Shown here: positions 36,979 through 45,404 of the stretch, piece by piece | Layout: each line of letters opens with the position of its first letter | Position numbering within the stretch: position 1 is the stretch's first letter | The notes under the pieces: generated by a model | Database searches by the model: none | The model's input: only the letters and a program-made list of their open reading frames with translations | What the model was told of the DNA's origin: nothing | Assembly (NCBI GenBank): GCA_019244185.1 | Contig: JAFATB010000014.1 | Coordinates: forward strand, 608,001-672,000 | From: Acidobacteriota bacterium | Lineage (GTDB): Bacteria; Acidobacteriota; Thermoanaerobaculia; Gp7-AA8 | Length of the DNA: 64,000 bases | Reading direction: 5' to 3' | Made by a program: the position numbers and the translations under genes

Positions 36979-38496
36979 ATGAAGCGCCTTCCTCTCCGTC
37001 TCCTCGCCTTCAACCTCCTGCTCGTCTTTCTGCCCATCGGGGGCGTGTTGTTTCTCGGGCAGTACGAGGAGCGGCTCGAGTCGGCCGAGGTGCGCGACAT
37101 GACGCACCAGGCGCGGCTCGTCGCGGGGACGGTGGCGCGGGCGGGATCTCTCGATGCGGATGCGTTCGAGGATCTGATCCGGCGCGCGCGCAGCGACGTG
37201 CGCGTGCGGCTCATCGACTCGCGCGGGAACGTCGTCGGCGACTCGCGGGACATCGTCGGCCTCGCGCCGCAGCGTCCGCCGCGCACCGACCGGCGCAACG
37301 CGCTCTATCGCGTCGGCGCGTTTCTGCTGCGTCCCGTGCTGCGCTGGGTCCGGCCGCTGGAGCCGGCGCTGGAGTTGGACTTTTACGAAAACGCGCGGCG
37401 GCTGACCGGTCCCGAGATCGCCGACGTGCTGCGCGGACGCGAAGGCTTCGAGAAGCGCATCACCGCGCACAACAAACGCTCGGTCACGCTGTACCGCATG
37501 GTGCCGGTCGTCGTGGGCGGGTGGACGGTCGGCGCGGTCGTGACGTCGAAGAGCACGTACACGATCCTGCAGGACCTCTACGCCGTGCGCTTGCGCGTGA
37601 TGCGCGTCTTCGTCGCTTCGCTCGCGCTGGCGCTCGTCGTCAGCGTCTTCTTCTCCGCGACGATCGTGAAGCCGTTGCGCGAGCTGCGCGTCGACGCGCG
37701 CGCGGTGCTGGACCGGCGCGGTCGCATGCGCGGCACGCGTTTCAAAGGCTCGAAGCGGCGCGACGAGATCGGCGAGCTCTCGCGCGCACTGGAGCGCATC
37801 ATGCGGCGCCTCGACGCGCATGTGGCCTTCATCGAGACCTTCGCCAGCGACGTCGTGCACGAGCTCAAGAACCCGCTCGCATCGATCCGCAACGCGAACG
37901 AGATGCTCGGCGACGTCGCCGATCCCGCGGATCGCCGCCGCTTCGTGCGCGTCATCGAGCAGGAAGTGGCGCGGATGGAACGCCTGCTCGCCGGGGTGCG
38001 CGAGATCTCGAAGATCGACGCGGGACTCGTGCGCGAGGCGCCGCGCACGATCGACCTCGGCGCGCTGCTCGCGAAGATCGTCGACGGCTTCCGCCTGCGC
38101 GAACCGGCGCTGCACTTCGACCTCGTCGCCGGAGACGGTCCGCTCCTCGTCGACGCCTCGGAAGACCGCTTGATTCAGGTCTTCGAGAACATCCTCGACA
38201 ACGCCGCCAGCTTCTCGCCGCGCGGCGGCACGGTGTCCGTGCGCGTGGCGGCCGAGGGGAACGAGGTCGTCACGCGCATCGCCGATCAGGGGCCGGGCAT
38301 CCCCGACGCGAACCGCACGCGCATCTTCGACCGCTTCTTCACGCACCGTCCCGACGAGTCGCGCCACGACGGCGGCCACACCGGTCTCGGGCTGGCCATC
38401 GTCAAGACCATCATCGAAGGCCACGGCGGCAGCGTCGGCGCGGCGAACGGGGAGGGTGGGGGAGCGGCGTTCACGATCGCGCTGCCGAAGAAGTAA
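36979..38496 (+). CDS. Sensor histidine kinase, ChvG-like
   Basis: Two TM segments, HAMP (DEIGELS), DVVHELKNPL H-box, NILDNA, DQGPGI, GLGLAI. Confidence 0.9.
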   Translation: MKRLPLRLLAFNLLLVFLPIGGVLFLGQYEERLESAEVRDMTHQARLVAGTVARAGSLDADAFEDLIRRARSDVRVRLIDSRGNVVGDSRDIVGLAPQRPPRTDRRNALYRVGAFLLRPVLRWVRPLEPALELDFYENARRLTGPEIADVLRGREGFEKRITAHNKRSVTLYRMVPVVVGGWTVGAVVTSKSTYTILQDLYAVRLRVMRVFVASLALALVVSVFFSATIVKPLRELRVDARAVLDRRGRMRGTRFKGSKRRDEIGELSRALERIMRRLDAHVAFIETFASDVVHELKNPLASIRNANEMLGDVADPADRRRFVRVIEQEVARMERLLAGVREISKIDAGLVREAPRTIDLGALLAKIVDGFRLREPALHFDLVAGDGPLLVDASEDRLIQVFENILDNAASFSPRGGTVSVRVAAEGNEVVTRIADQGPGIPDANRTRIFDRFFTHRPDESRHDGGHTGLGLAIVKTIIEGHGGSVGAANGEGGGAAFTIALPKK

Positions 38497-38502
38497 TCGC
38501 TC

Positions 38503-38531
38503 TTGACAAAACAATTTGTCGGCGAGACGAT
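38503..38531 (+). promoter_or_regulatory. Sigma70-type promoter with overlapping inverted-repeat operator
   Basis: TTGACA (38503) N17 GACGAT; GACAAA-N4-TTTGTC palindrome at 38505-38520; ATG 6 nt after the -10 box. Confidence 0.65.
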
Positions 38532-38537
38532 GGCGGC

Positions 38538-39122
38538 ATGCCGCTCGAGCTCGTCGACCGTTCCGCCAGCGCGGCGGCCATGCTCCATCCGATGCGGCTG
38601 CGCATCCTCGACGCGCTGCGCGAGCCCGGCTCCGCCAGCGCCGTCGCGCGACAGCTCGGCGTCCCGCGGCAGAAAGTGAACTACCACCTCCGCGAGCTCG
38701 AGAAGGCCGGCTTCCTCGAGGAAGTCGAACAGCGCCGCGCCGGCAACTGCATCGAGCGCATCGTGCGCGCGAAAGCGACGCACTACCTCATCGACCCGCA
38801 GCTCCTCGGCGCGCTCGCCGCCGACGGCACGTCCGTCGAAGACCGCTTCTCGAGCACGTACCTCATCGCCCTTGCCGCCGGCGCCATCCGCGACGTCGCC
38901 GCGCTGCAGCAGAAAGCGGCGAAGGCGAGGAAGCGCGTGCCGACGTTCGCGCTGCAGACCGACATTCGCTTTGCGAGTGCCGAGGAGCGGGCGGAATTCA
39001 CGAATGCACTGGCCAACGCGGTGGCGCGGCTGGTCGCGAAATATCACGACGCGGAAACGCCCGGCGGGCGCTCGTTCCGCTTTGTCATCGGCGCGTATCC
39101 CGCGCGCACGAAGGAGGATTGA
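38538..39122 (+). CDS. ArsR-like winged-helix transcriptional regulator
   Basis: HPMRLRILDALREPGSASAVARQLGVPRQKVNYHLRELE. Confidence 0.85.
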   Translation: MPLELVDRSASAAAMLHPMRLRILDALREPGSASAVARQLGVPRQKVNYHLRELEKAGFLEEVEQRRAGNCIERIVRAKATHYLIDPQLLGALAADGTSVEDRFSSTYLIALAAGAIRDVAALQQKAAKARKRVPTFALQTDIRFASAEERAEFTNALANAVARLVAKYHDAETPGGRSFRFVIGAYPARTKED

Positions 39123-39124
39123 CG

Positions 39125-39898
39125 ATGTCGGACGAAACGAAAACTCTCAACCTGGAGATCGCCCTCGACGCGGACGCGGAAACGGTCTGGCGCGCCGTCA
39201 GCGAAGGCGAAGAGCTGAAGCGCTGGTTCCCGCTCGACGCGCGCGTGACGCCGGGTGTGGGCGGCGCGGTCTGGTGCTCGTTCGGCGGCGGGATGGACTG
39301 GGAGACGCCGATCGAGGTGTGGGAGCCGAACCATCATCTGCGCACCGCCGATCCGCCGCCGTCCGGCATCGCCGTCGACTACTTCATCGAGGCGCGCGGC
39401 GGCGAGACCGTCCTGCGCATCGTGCAATCCGGCTTCGCGGCCGCGGGGTGGGACGACGAGTTGATCGAGACCGCGCAGGGCGGGTGGCGTTCCTTCCTCG
39501 CCACTCTCCGGCATTACCTCCGCTTCCATCGCGGCGAGCCGCGCACGATGGCGTACGTGCGGCATGATGCCGTTCCGCTTTCGCGGCCGGAAGCCTTTCA
39601 GCGGATGCTCACTGCCTTCGGCTTCGTGCCCGCGGAATTACGCGAGGGTGGACGTTTCGACGTCACCGCGGCGAACGGCGACCGCTTCACCGGCGTCATC
39701 GACGTGCTCAATCCGCCCATGCATCTCAGTGGCTCGTTCGAGAATCACGGCAACGCGTTTTTCATGATCGAGATCGAGCCGGGGAAGGAGCGCTGCCGGC
39801 CGGCGATCTGGGTTTCGTTGTACGGCGAGGCGGGGCGCGAGGCGCCGGCGCTCCAGGCGCGTCTGCGCGAGCTCGTGGTCAGCACCTTCGGACGGTGA
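39125..39898 (+). CDS. SRPBCC/AHSA1 domain protein
   Basis: VWRAV...LKRWF, ETVLRIVQSGF, GGW..FL..L; GGAGG ribosome-binding site. Confidence 0.85.
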   Translation: MSDETKTLNLEIALDADAETVWRAVSEGEELKRWFPLDARVTPGVGGAVWCSFGGGMDWETPIEVWEPNHHLRTADPPPSGIAVDYFIEARGGETVLRIVQSGFAAAGWDDELIETAQGGWRSFLATLRHYLRFHRGEPRTMAYVRHDAVPLSRPEAFQRMLTAFGFVPAELREGGRFDVTAANGDRFTGVIDVLNPPMHLSGSFENHGNAFFMIEIEPGKERCRPAIWVSLYGEAGREAPALQARLRELVVSTFGR

Positions 39899-39935
39899 CG
39901 CAAGTCGGTCCGGCTGGATGTCCACCCGAAATTGT

Positions 39936-39964
39936 GTTGCGAATCGCAACCGAGCGGGTAATAT
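39936..39964 (+). promoter_or_regulatory. Sigma70-type promoter with palindromic operator over the -35 box
   Basis: TTGCGA (39937) N16 TAATAT (39959); GTTGCGA-A-TCGCAAC palindrome at 39936-39950. Confidence 0.55.
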
Positions 39965-40172
39965 GTTGCTGCGTTGGAGTGCGACTCTCCAGCGCTCCCA
40001 AAGGTCCGGTAGCAACAGCTCGCAGAGTAGAGGCCTCGTGTCTGTGGTAAGGCTGTACGTGATTGACGATGTACGGCCTTAGGCAGGTACGGAAAGATAG
40101 ACATCGGCCGGTGAAGGAAGTAAACTGCATTCGCCTGACACCGGCCGTCTAAACCAACACCGAGGAGTGCGT

Positions 40173-40445
40173 GTGAGCCCTGCAAAAAGCAATCGCGGTC
40201 GTCCCATCGTCCACACCGAGCCCTGGGCGAAGATCACGGTCGTCCTGCTCGACCGTCACGTCGCCTATCTCGATCGCCTGGCGATCGACATCCGGCTCAA
40301 GCACGGCAAGGCCATCAGCCGCGCCGAAATCATCCGCGGCCTGATCGAGGCGGCTTTCCAGAGCGGAACCGACCTCTCTCAGGCAGACTCGATCGACTCG
40401 ATCGTCGAGCTGTTGACGAGCTCGAAGAAAAAAGTCGCGCGCTAG
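40173..40445 (+). CDS. Small putative DNA-binding protein (ribbon-helix-helix-like, RGRP motif)
   Basis: GAGGAG then GTG; KITVVL strand, helix, then SRAEIIRGLI helix. Confidence 0.65.
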   Translation: MSPAKSNRGRPIVHTEPWAKITVVLLDRHVAYLDRLAIDIRLKHGKAISRAEIIRGLIEAAFQSGTDLSQADSIDSIVELLTSSKKKVAR

Positions 40446-40731
40446 GACGCGGAGCACTTCGCCGCAGCCCCTGGTTTCGGAGACGCCCCGCGGCGAGCCG
40501 GGCGATCTCTTCTTCGCTACAGGCGTCCGTCAGGTCGATTCCGCTCTCCTCGATTCGGTCGAGCAAGGCGCGAATGAGGAACGGCAGACCGAACGACGCC
40601 GGCATGTCCGGATTCAATTCGTGAGCAAGTTGCCCCAGATAGTCGAGATGCTTCCCGGAGAGGGCGATCGTCTCCAGCTCGCCATGCGAGCCGGTACGCC
40701 CTTCCTGTGGAAGCGGTGGCATGAGGTCCAT
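40330..40731 (-). CDS. Small protein paralogous to 40173-40445
   Basis: KHLDYLGQLA...LIRALL...SGIDLTDA matches RHVAYLDRLA...IIRGLI...SGTDLSQA. Confidence 0.55.
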   Translation of the reverse strand: MDLMPPLPQEGRTGSHGELETIALSGKHLDYLGQLAHELNPDMPASFGLPFLIRALLDRIEESGIDLTDACSEEEIARLAAGRLRNQGLRRSAPRPSARLFSSSSSTARRSSRSSLPERGRFRSGKPPRSGRG

Positions 40732-40798
40732 TCAGGCAGCTCCGACTTAGGAGTGACTGGCGCGCCCGTTTCCCTACCCTCGATCTCGTAAATAGTTC

Positions 40799-40825
40799 GA
40801 GCGGGAGCGTAAAGCGCTCCCGCTC
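40799..40825. terminator. GC-rich hairpin downstream of the 40844-41095 gene
   Basis: GAGCGGGAGCG-TAAAG-CGCTCCCGCTC; no strong U-tract. Confidence 0.45.
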
Positions 40826-40843
40826 AACCCCTTCCCAAAACCC

Positions 40844-41095
40844 TCAGTTCGTCAGTCCGCCGCGGTTCTCCGGCTTCTCGTCTCCATGCCGGTGCGGCGC
40901 CGGGTTCGGGTCGAGGTTCTCGATGCGCCCCGCGGCGCTGCCGCTCGTCGCGCCCGCGTTCGACAGCTCGCTCGATCCTTCCGCTCCCAGCGCCTCGGCC
41001 TGCACCGATTTGTCGGAGCCGCCCGAGACATCATCTTCGTGCGGCCGGTACTCGGTCACGGCACCATGCTTGCGGATCTCGTCGTCTTTGGACAT
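40844..41095 (-). CDS. Small hydrophilic hypothetical protein
   Basis: AGGAGG 5 nt before ATG (MSKDDEIRKH...). Confidence 0.6.
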   Translation of the reverse strand: MSKDDEIRKHGAVTEYRPHEDDVSGGSDKSVQAEALGAEGSSELSNAGATSGSAAGRIENLDPNPAPHRHGDEKPENRGGLTN

Positions 41096-41111
41096 CGTGT
41101 CCTCCTGAACC

Positions 41112-42563
41112 GTGATGAGCGACGCACGTGCCACTGCAACCTCGTATGACGCCGTCGTGGTCGGCTCCGGCCCCAACGGACTCGCCGCCGCGATCGTGCT
41201 CGCGCGCGCCGGACGCTCCGTGCTCGTCCTCGAAGAGAAAGAGACGATCGGCGGCGGCGCGCGCACGCAGGAAGTGACGATCCCCGGCTTCCACCACGAC
41301 ATCTGCTCCGCCATTCATCCGATGGCGCTCGTGTCGCCGTTCTTCCGCGACCTGCCGCTCGCCGACTACGGCCTCTCGTGGGCGTACTCGCCCGCGGCCA
41401 TCGCGCATCCGCTCGACGACGGCAGCGCTGCGACGCTGGAGCTCGATCTCGACGCCACCGCCGCGCGCCTCGGCGACGATGCCGCCGCATACCGCTCGCT
41501 GCTGCGGCCGTTCGCGAAACGCGCCGGCGCGATGTTCGACTCGATCCTCCGTCCGATCTCGCCGTTCACGCGGCATCCGCTGCTCCTCGCGCACTTTGGC
41601 CTGCTCGGCCTGCAGCCGGCGACGCGTCTCGCGAATCGCTTCCGCACGAATCACGCGCGCGCGCTTCTCGCCGGCTGCTCCGCGCATTCGTTTCTCCCGC
41701 TCGACCGCGTCGGCTCCGCGTCGTTCGGACTCGTGCTCATGCTCGCCGGTCACGCCATCGGCTGGCCCGCCGCGAAAGGCGGCTCGATCGCGATCATCAA
41801 CGCGCTCGCCGCGTATCTCCGCTCCCTCGGCGGCACCATTCGCACGGGACATCCGGTACGCTCGCTGCGCGACGTGCCCGACTCGCGCGCGGTGATCTTC
41901 GACGTCACGCCGCGGCAGCTGGCCGCGATCGCCGGCGACGCGCTCCCCGCGCGCTACGTGCGCCGGCTGCAGCACTTCCGCTACGGCCCCGGCGTCTTCA
42001 AGATCGACTTCGCGCTCGACGGTCCGATTCCGTGGAAGGCGGCCGAATGCTCGCGCAGCGCGACGGTGCACGTCGGCGGCACGCTCGAGGAGATCGCCGC
42101 GCACGAGCGCTCGGTGTTTCATGGACGCATGACCGACAAGCCGTTCGTGCTCGTTGCGCAGCAGAGCATGTTCGACGACACGCGCGCGCCGCGCGGCCAG
42201 CACACCGGTTGGGCGTACTGTCACGTGCCGCAGGGCTCGACCGATGACGCGAGCGAGGCGATCGTCGGGCAGATCGAGCGCTTCGCGCCCGGCTTCCGCG
42301 ACCGCATCCTGGCGCGCCGCACGATCAACACCGCGCAGTACGAGGCGTACAACGCGAACTTCGTCGGCGGAGACATCGCCGGCGGCGCGAACGTGATGCT
42401 GCAGTTCCTCACGCGTCCGTTCCCGCGCGTCGATCCGTACGCGACGCCGAACCGGCGCCTGTACATCGCCTCGAGCTCGACGCCGCCGGGCGGCGGCGTG
42501 CACGGCATGTGCGGCTACTGGGCGGCGCGCAGCGCGCTACGGCACGCGTTCGGACGCCACTGA
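41112..42563 (+). CDS. Phytoene desaturase-family FAD-dependent oxidoreductase
   Basis: VVVGSGPNGL, GGGART, HDICSAIHP, STPPGGGVHGMCG. Confidence 0.9.
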   Translation: MMSDARATATSYDAVVVGSGPNGLAAAIVLARAGRSVLVLEEKETIGGGARTQEVTIPGFHHDICSAIHPMALVSPFFRDLPLADYGLSWAYSPAAIAHPLDDGSAATLELDLDATAARLGDDAAAYRSLLRPFAKRAGAMFDSILRPISPFTRHPLLLAHFGLLGLQPATRLANRFRTNHARALLAGCSAHSFLPLDRVGSASFGLVLMLAGHAIGWPAAKGGSIAIINALAAYLRSLGGTIRTGHPVRSLRDVPDSRAVIFDVTPRQLAAIAGDALPARYVRRLQHFRYGPGVFKIDFALDGPIPWKAAECSRSATVHVGGTLEEIAAHERSVFHGRMTDKPFVLVAQQSMFDDTRAPRGQHTGWAYCHVPQGSTDDASEAIVGQIERFAPGFRDRILARRTINTAQYEAYNANFVGGDIAGGANVMLQFLTRPFPRVDPYATPNRRLYIASSSTPPGGGVHGMCGYWAARSALRHAFGRH

Positions 42564-44024
42564 CTCGTGCGCATCCTTGCGTTTGCGCGCGTCGATGAGC
42601 GCGCGCACGCGCCGCTCGACGTTCTCCGCGTCCTCGCCGCGCAGCATCTCCTTCTCCTGCTGCACGCCGCTCGACGTGCCGCCGCTCGCGTCGATGACGC
42701 GCTGCACGACCGCGCGCCAGTTCGCCGACTGCGCCGCCGCCCCGATCGTGCGGATGGCGATCCAGTCGACGACGTTCGACGCGCGCGCCCAGACATCGAT
42801 GCTGAACTCGATCGCGCCGGCGTGATCGCGGCTCGTGAACTCCACGATGCCGGCGAGCGGATGGCCTTCGATCGTGGCGAAGACGACGTGCGTCGGCTCC
42901 GCGACCTCGACGCGCACCTGGAAGTTGCCGCGCAACGGCAGCGCGCCGGTTAGCGTCTGCCCGTGCTCGACGCGCTCGGGCACGTCCGGCTCCGCCGCGA
43001 ACTCGACCGGCATGAAGTCGTTGACGCGGTCGCGGAAGAGCGTCATCAGCGTCGCCGCGGTATGGCGCGAGTTGCGGATCTCGGCGTGGAAGCGCTTGTG
43101 CTCGAGCGCGCCGAAGCCTTCGTCCGGCGTGACTTCCGGCAGCGAATCGGCGAGGAGGCGCAGGCCGTGATCGAGCGGCGTCGTGTCGAGCTCGAGAAGC
43201 GCGACGGCGTTGCGGCCGCGCGAGACGTTCTTCTCCTCGAGCATCTTCAGCTCGGACTCGTTCACCGGCAGGTCGACGGCCATCGATGCGAAACGCGTCG
43301 TCAGCTGCGCGAGCGCCATCGGCACCGGTATGCGCAGCGGCTTGCGGTCCGTGATCGCGCCGAAGCGGCGCAGGAGATCGTTCATCGTCGTGATCTCGGG
43401 ACCGGTCGCGTCGAGGATCTGTCCCGCGAGGTCGTCGTGTTCGAGAATCGTGGCGAGGATTTTCGCGAGGTCCTGGTGCCAGATCGGCTGGAACTCCTGC
43501 TCGCCGTCGTCGATGATCGGCACCGCGGGGAGCGCGCGCACCATCTTCAGCAGCAGCGAGATCACCTCGTCGCCGGGGCCGTACACGTTGCCCGGCCGCA
43601 CGATGGTCCAGCGCAGCTCCGAACGTTCGACCAGCCCTTCCGCGGCGTGCTTCGACTTGTGGTAGTCGGAGGTGCCGAAGTCGGCGCCGAGGGAGGAGAC
43701 ATGCACGAATCGCCGCGCGCCGGCGCGTTGGGCGGCGTCGAGCATGTTGCGCGTCCCGCCGACGTTCACCTTCTCGAACGTGCGCTCGGGCGGATCCTCA
43801 TCGACGATGCCCGCGATGTGCAGCACCGCGTTGCAGCCGTTGGCCGCGCCTTCCAGCGAGGCCGCATCCGAGACGTCGCCCGGAAACGGCTCGACGCCTT
43901 CCCATTGCCGCGCGTCATCGTCCGCGTGACGCGAGAGCAGACGAACGCTGTGGCCACGCGCGAGCAGCTCCGTGATCGCGCTCGCGCCGATCACTCCGGT
44001 ACCGCCGGTCACCAGGATCTTCAT
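42537..44024 (-). CDS. NAD-dependent epimerase/dehydratase with C-terminal DUF1990-like domain
   Basis: MKILVTGGTGVIG, YHKSK, RPGNVYGPG; C-terminal TIEGHPLAG. Confidence 0.85.
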   Translation of the reverse strand: MKILVTGGTGVIGASAITELLARGHSVRLLSRHADDDARQWEGVEPFPGDVSDAASLEGAANGCNAVLHIAGIVDEDPPERTFEKVNVGGTRNMLDAAQRAGARRFVHVSSLGADFGTSDYHKSKHAAEGLVERSELRWTIVRPGNVYGPGDEVISLLLKMVRALPAVPIIDDGEQEFQPIWHQDLAKILATILEHDDLAGQILDATGPEITTMNDLLRRFGAITDRKPLRIPVPMALAQLTTRFASMAVDLPVNESELKMLEEKNVSRGRNAVALLELDTTPLDHGLRLLADSLPEVTPDEGFGALEHKRFHAEIRNSRHTAATLMTLFRDRVNDFMPVEFAAEPDVPERVEHGQTLTGALPLRGNFQVRVEVAEPTHVVFATIEGHPLAGIVEFTSRDHAGAIEFSIDVWARASNVVDWIAIRTIGAAAQSANWRAVVQRVIDASGGTSSGVQQEKEMLRGEDAENVERRVRALIDARKRKDAHESVASERVP

Positions 44025-44149
44025 GCGCGCCCATCGAGCATGCGCGGTGCCATTCAGCGTGGCAAACCGAGCCTGTAGTACATCCCGCACAAGACGAGCT
44101 CGCGGAACTTTCGGCCGCGTGCGGCGTTCGTGGAACAGTGGGTCCGCAA

Positions 44150-45400
44150 ATGCTGATCAGAACGGCGAACGTCGCTGCCACGCTTTTCGTCGCCGCCGTG
44201 GCCGCGGCTTCGCCGCTTCTCGAACGCGCCGACGCGAAGTTCCGCGACGGCGACCTCGACGCCGCGCAGAAACTCTACGCGGCGAGCTCTCCCGCTACCA
44301 CTGCCGCCGCGGCCACGGGCCTCGGCAACATCGCGTTTCTGCGCGGAGATCTCGACGAAGCCGTCCGCTGGCTGAAGTCCGCGAACCGCCTCGCGCCCGA
44401 CGACAAGCGCGCCGCGAAACTGCTGGCGCAGGCGTTCTATCGTCGCAACGACTTCGCCCACGCCGCACCGTTGTACCGCGCCATCGGCCTCGATGCGATG
44501 GCGAAGAAACTGGAGAGCTTCCACGGCCCCGCGCCGTATCGCATCAGCGGCGCCGCGGACGTCGTGCATCTGTCGTGGCTGCAGTCGGATCCGCTGCCGG
44601 TCATCCGTGCGCGCGTGAACGGCAAGGTCGACGTCAACCTCCTCATCGACACCGGCGGCGCGGAGCTCCTCCTCGATCCCACGATCGGAGCGAGCGCCGG
44701 CGCGACGACGTTCGGCGAGAACAAAGGCACCTTCGCCGGCGGAAAGCAGTCATCCGTGCAGCAAGCCCGCGTCGACTCCGTCGCGCTCGGCGGCTTCACG
44801 ATCCATAACGTTCCGCTGCAACTCCTCGACACGCGCCGGTTCGCCGCGGCCGCCGGGGGCAATCTCCGCATCGACGGCGTCCTCGGCACGGTCCTGCTCG
44901 CGCAGTTCATCCCGACGCTCGACTATCGCCGCGGCGAGCTCGTGCTCCGCCGGCGTACGCGCGCGCAGCGGCACGCGACGGATCGCGCGGCAAGCGTGGG
45001 AACGACGCTGCCGATTCTCTTCGCCGGCGATCATCTGATTCTCACGCGCGGCTCCGCCGGCGCGGCGCGGCCGATGCTCTTCCTCGTCGACACCGGCCTC
45101 GCCGGCGGCGGCTTTCTCGCGCCTGATTCGACCCTGAAAGAAGCAGGACTCGTTCCGGACGGAGCGCAGGTCGAAGGCGTCGGCGGTGGCGGCAAGCTCA
45201 CCGTAACCCCGTTCACCGTGCCGGACGTCAGCCTCGGATCGATTCACGTGAAGAACGTGGCCGCATTCGCCGGCGCGTTTCCGCCGTCGCTGGAGACGAG
45301 CGAGACCATCCGCATCGGCGGCCTCGTGTCGCACGACTTCTTCAGGAACTTCGCGGTGACGTTCGACTTCGACCGCATGCGGATGATCGTCGAACGCTGA
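44150..45400 (+). CDS. Secreted TPR plus double retropepsin-like aspartyl protease
   Basis: Signal-like N-terminus, TPR helices, LLIDTGG...DGVLG and FLVDTG...GGLVS. Confidence 0.8.
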   Translation: MLIRTANVAATLFVAAVAAASPLLERADAKFRDGDLDAAQKLYAASSPATTAAAATGLGNIAFLRGDLDEAVRWLKSANRLAPDDKRAAKLLAQAFYRRNDFAHAAPLYRAIGLDAMAKKLESFHGPAPYRISGAADVVHLSWLQSDPLPVIRARVNGKVDVNLLIDTGGAELLLDPTIGASAGATTFGENKGTFAGGKQSSVQQARVDSVALGGFTIHNVPLQLLDTRRFAAAAGGNLRIDGVLGTVLLAQFIPTLDYRRGELVLRRRTRAQRHATDRAASVGTTLPILFAGDHLILTRGSAGAARPMLFLVDTGLAGGGFLAPDSTLKEAGLVPDGAQVEGVGGGGKLTVTPFTVPDVSLGSIHVKNVAAFAGAFPPSLETSETIRIGGLVSHDFFRNFAVTFDFDRMRMIVER

Positions 45401-45404
45401 TCGT

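Noticed and set aside
39971-40165. Known RNA (tRNA, SRP, 6S, c-di-GMP riboswitch)
   Set aside because: No convincing match to their conserved motifs by eye; kept only as an unassigned structured leader
41112-42563. Carotenoid biosynthesis cluster
   Set aside because: A lone phytoene-desaturase-family gene with no crtB or crtE nearby
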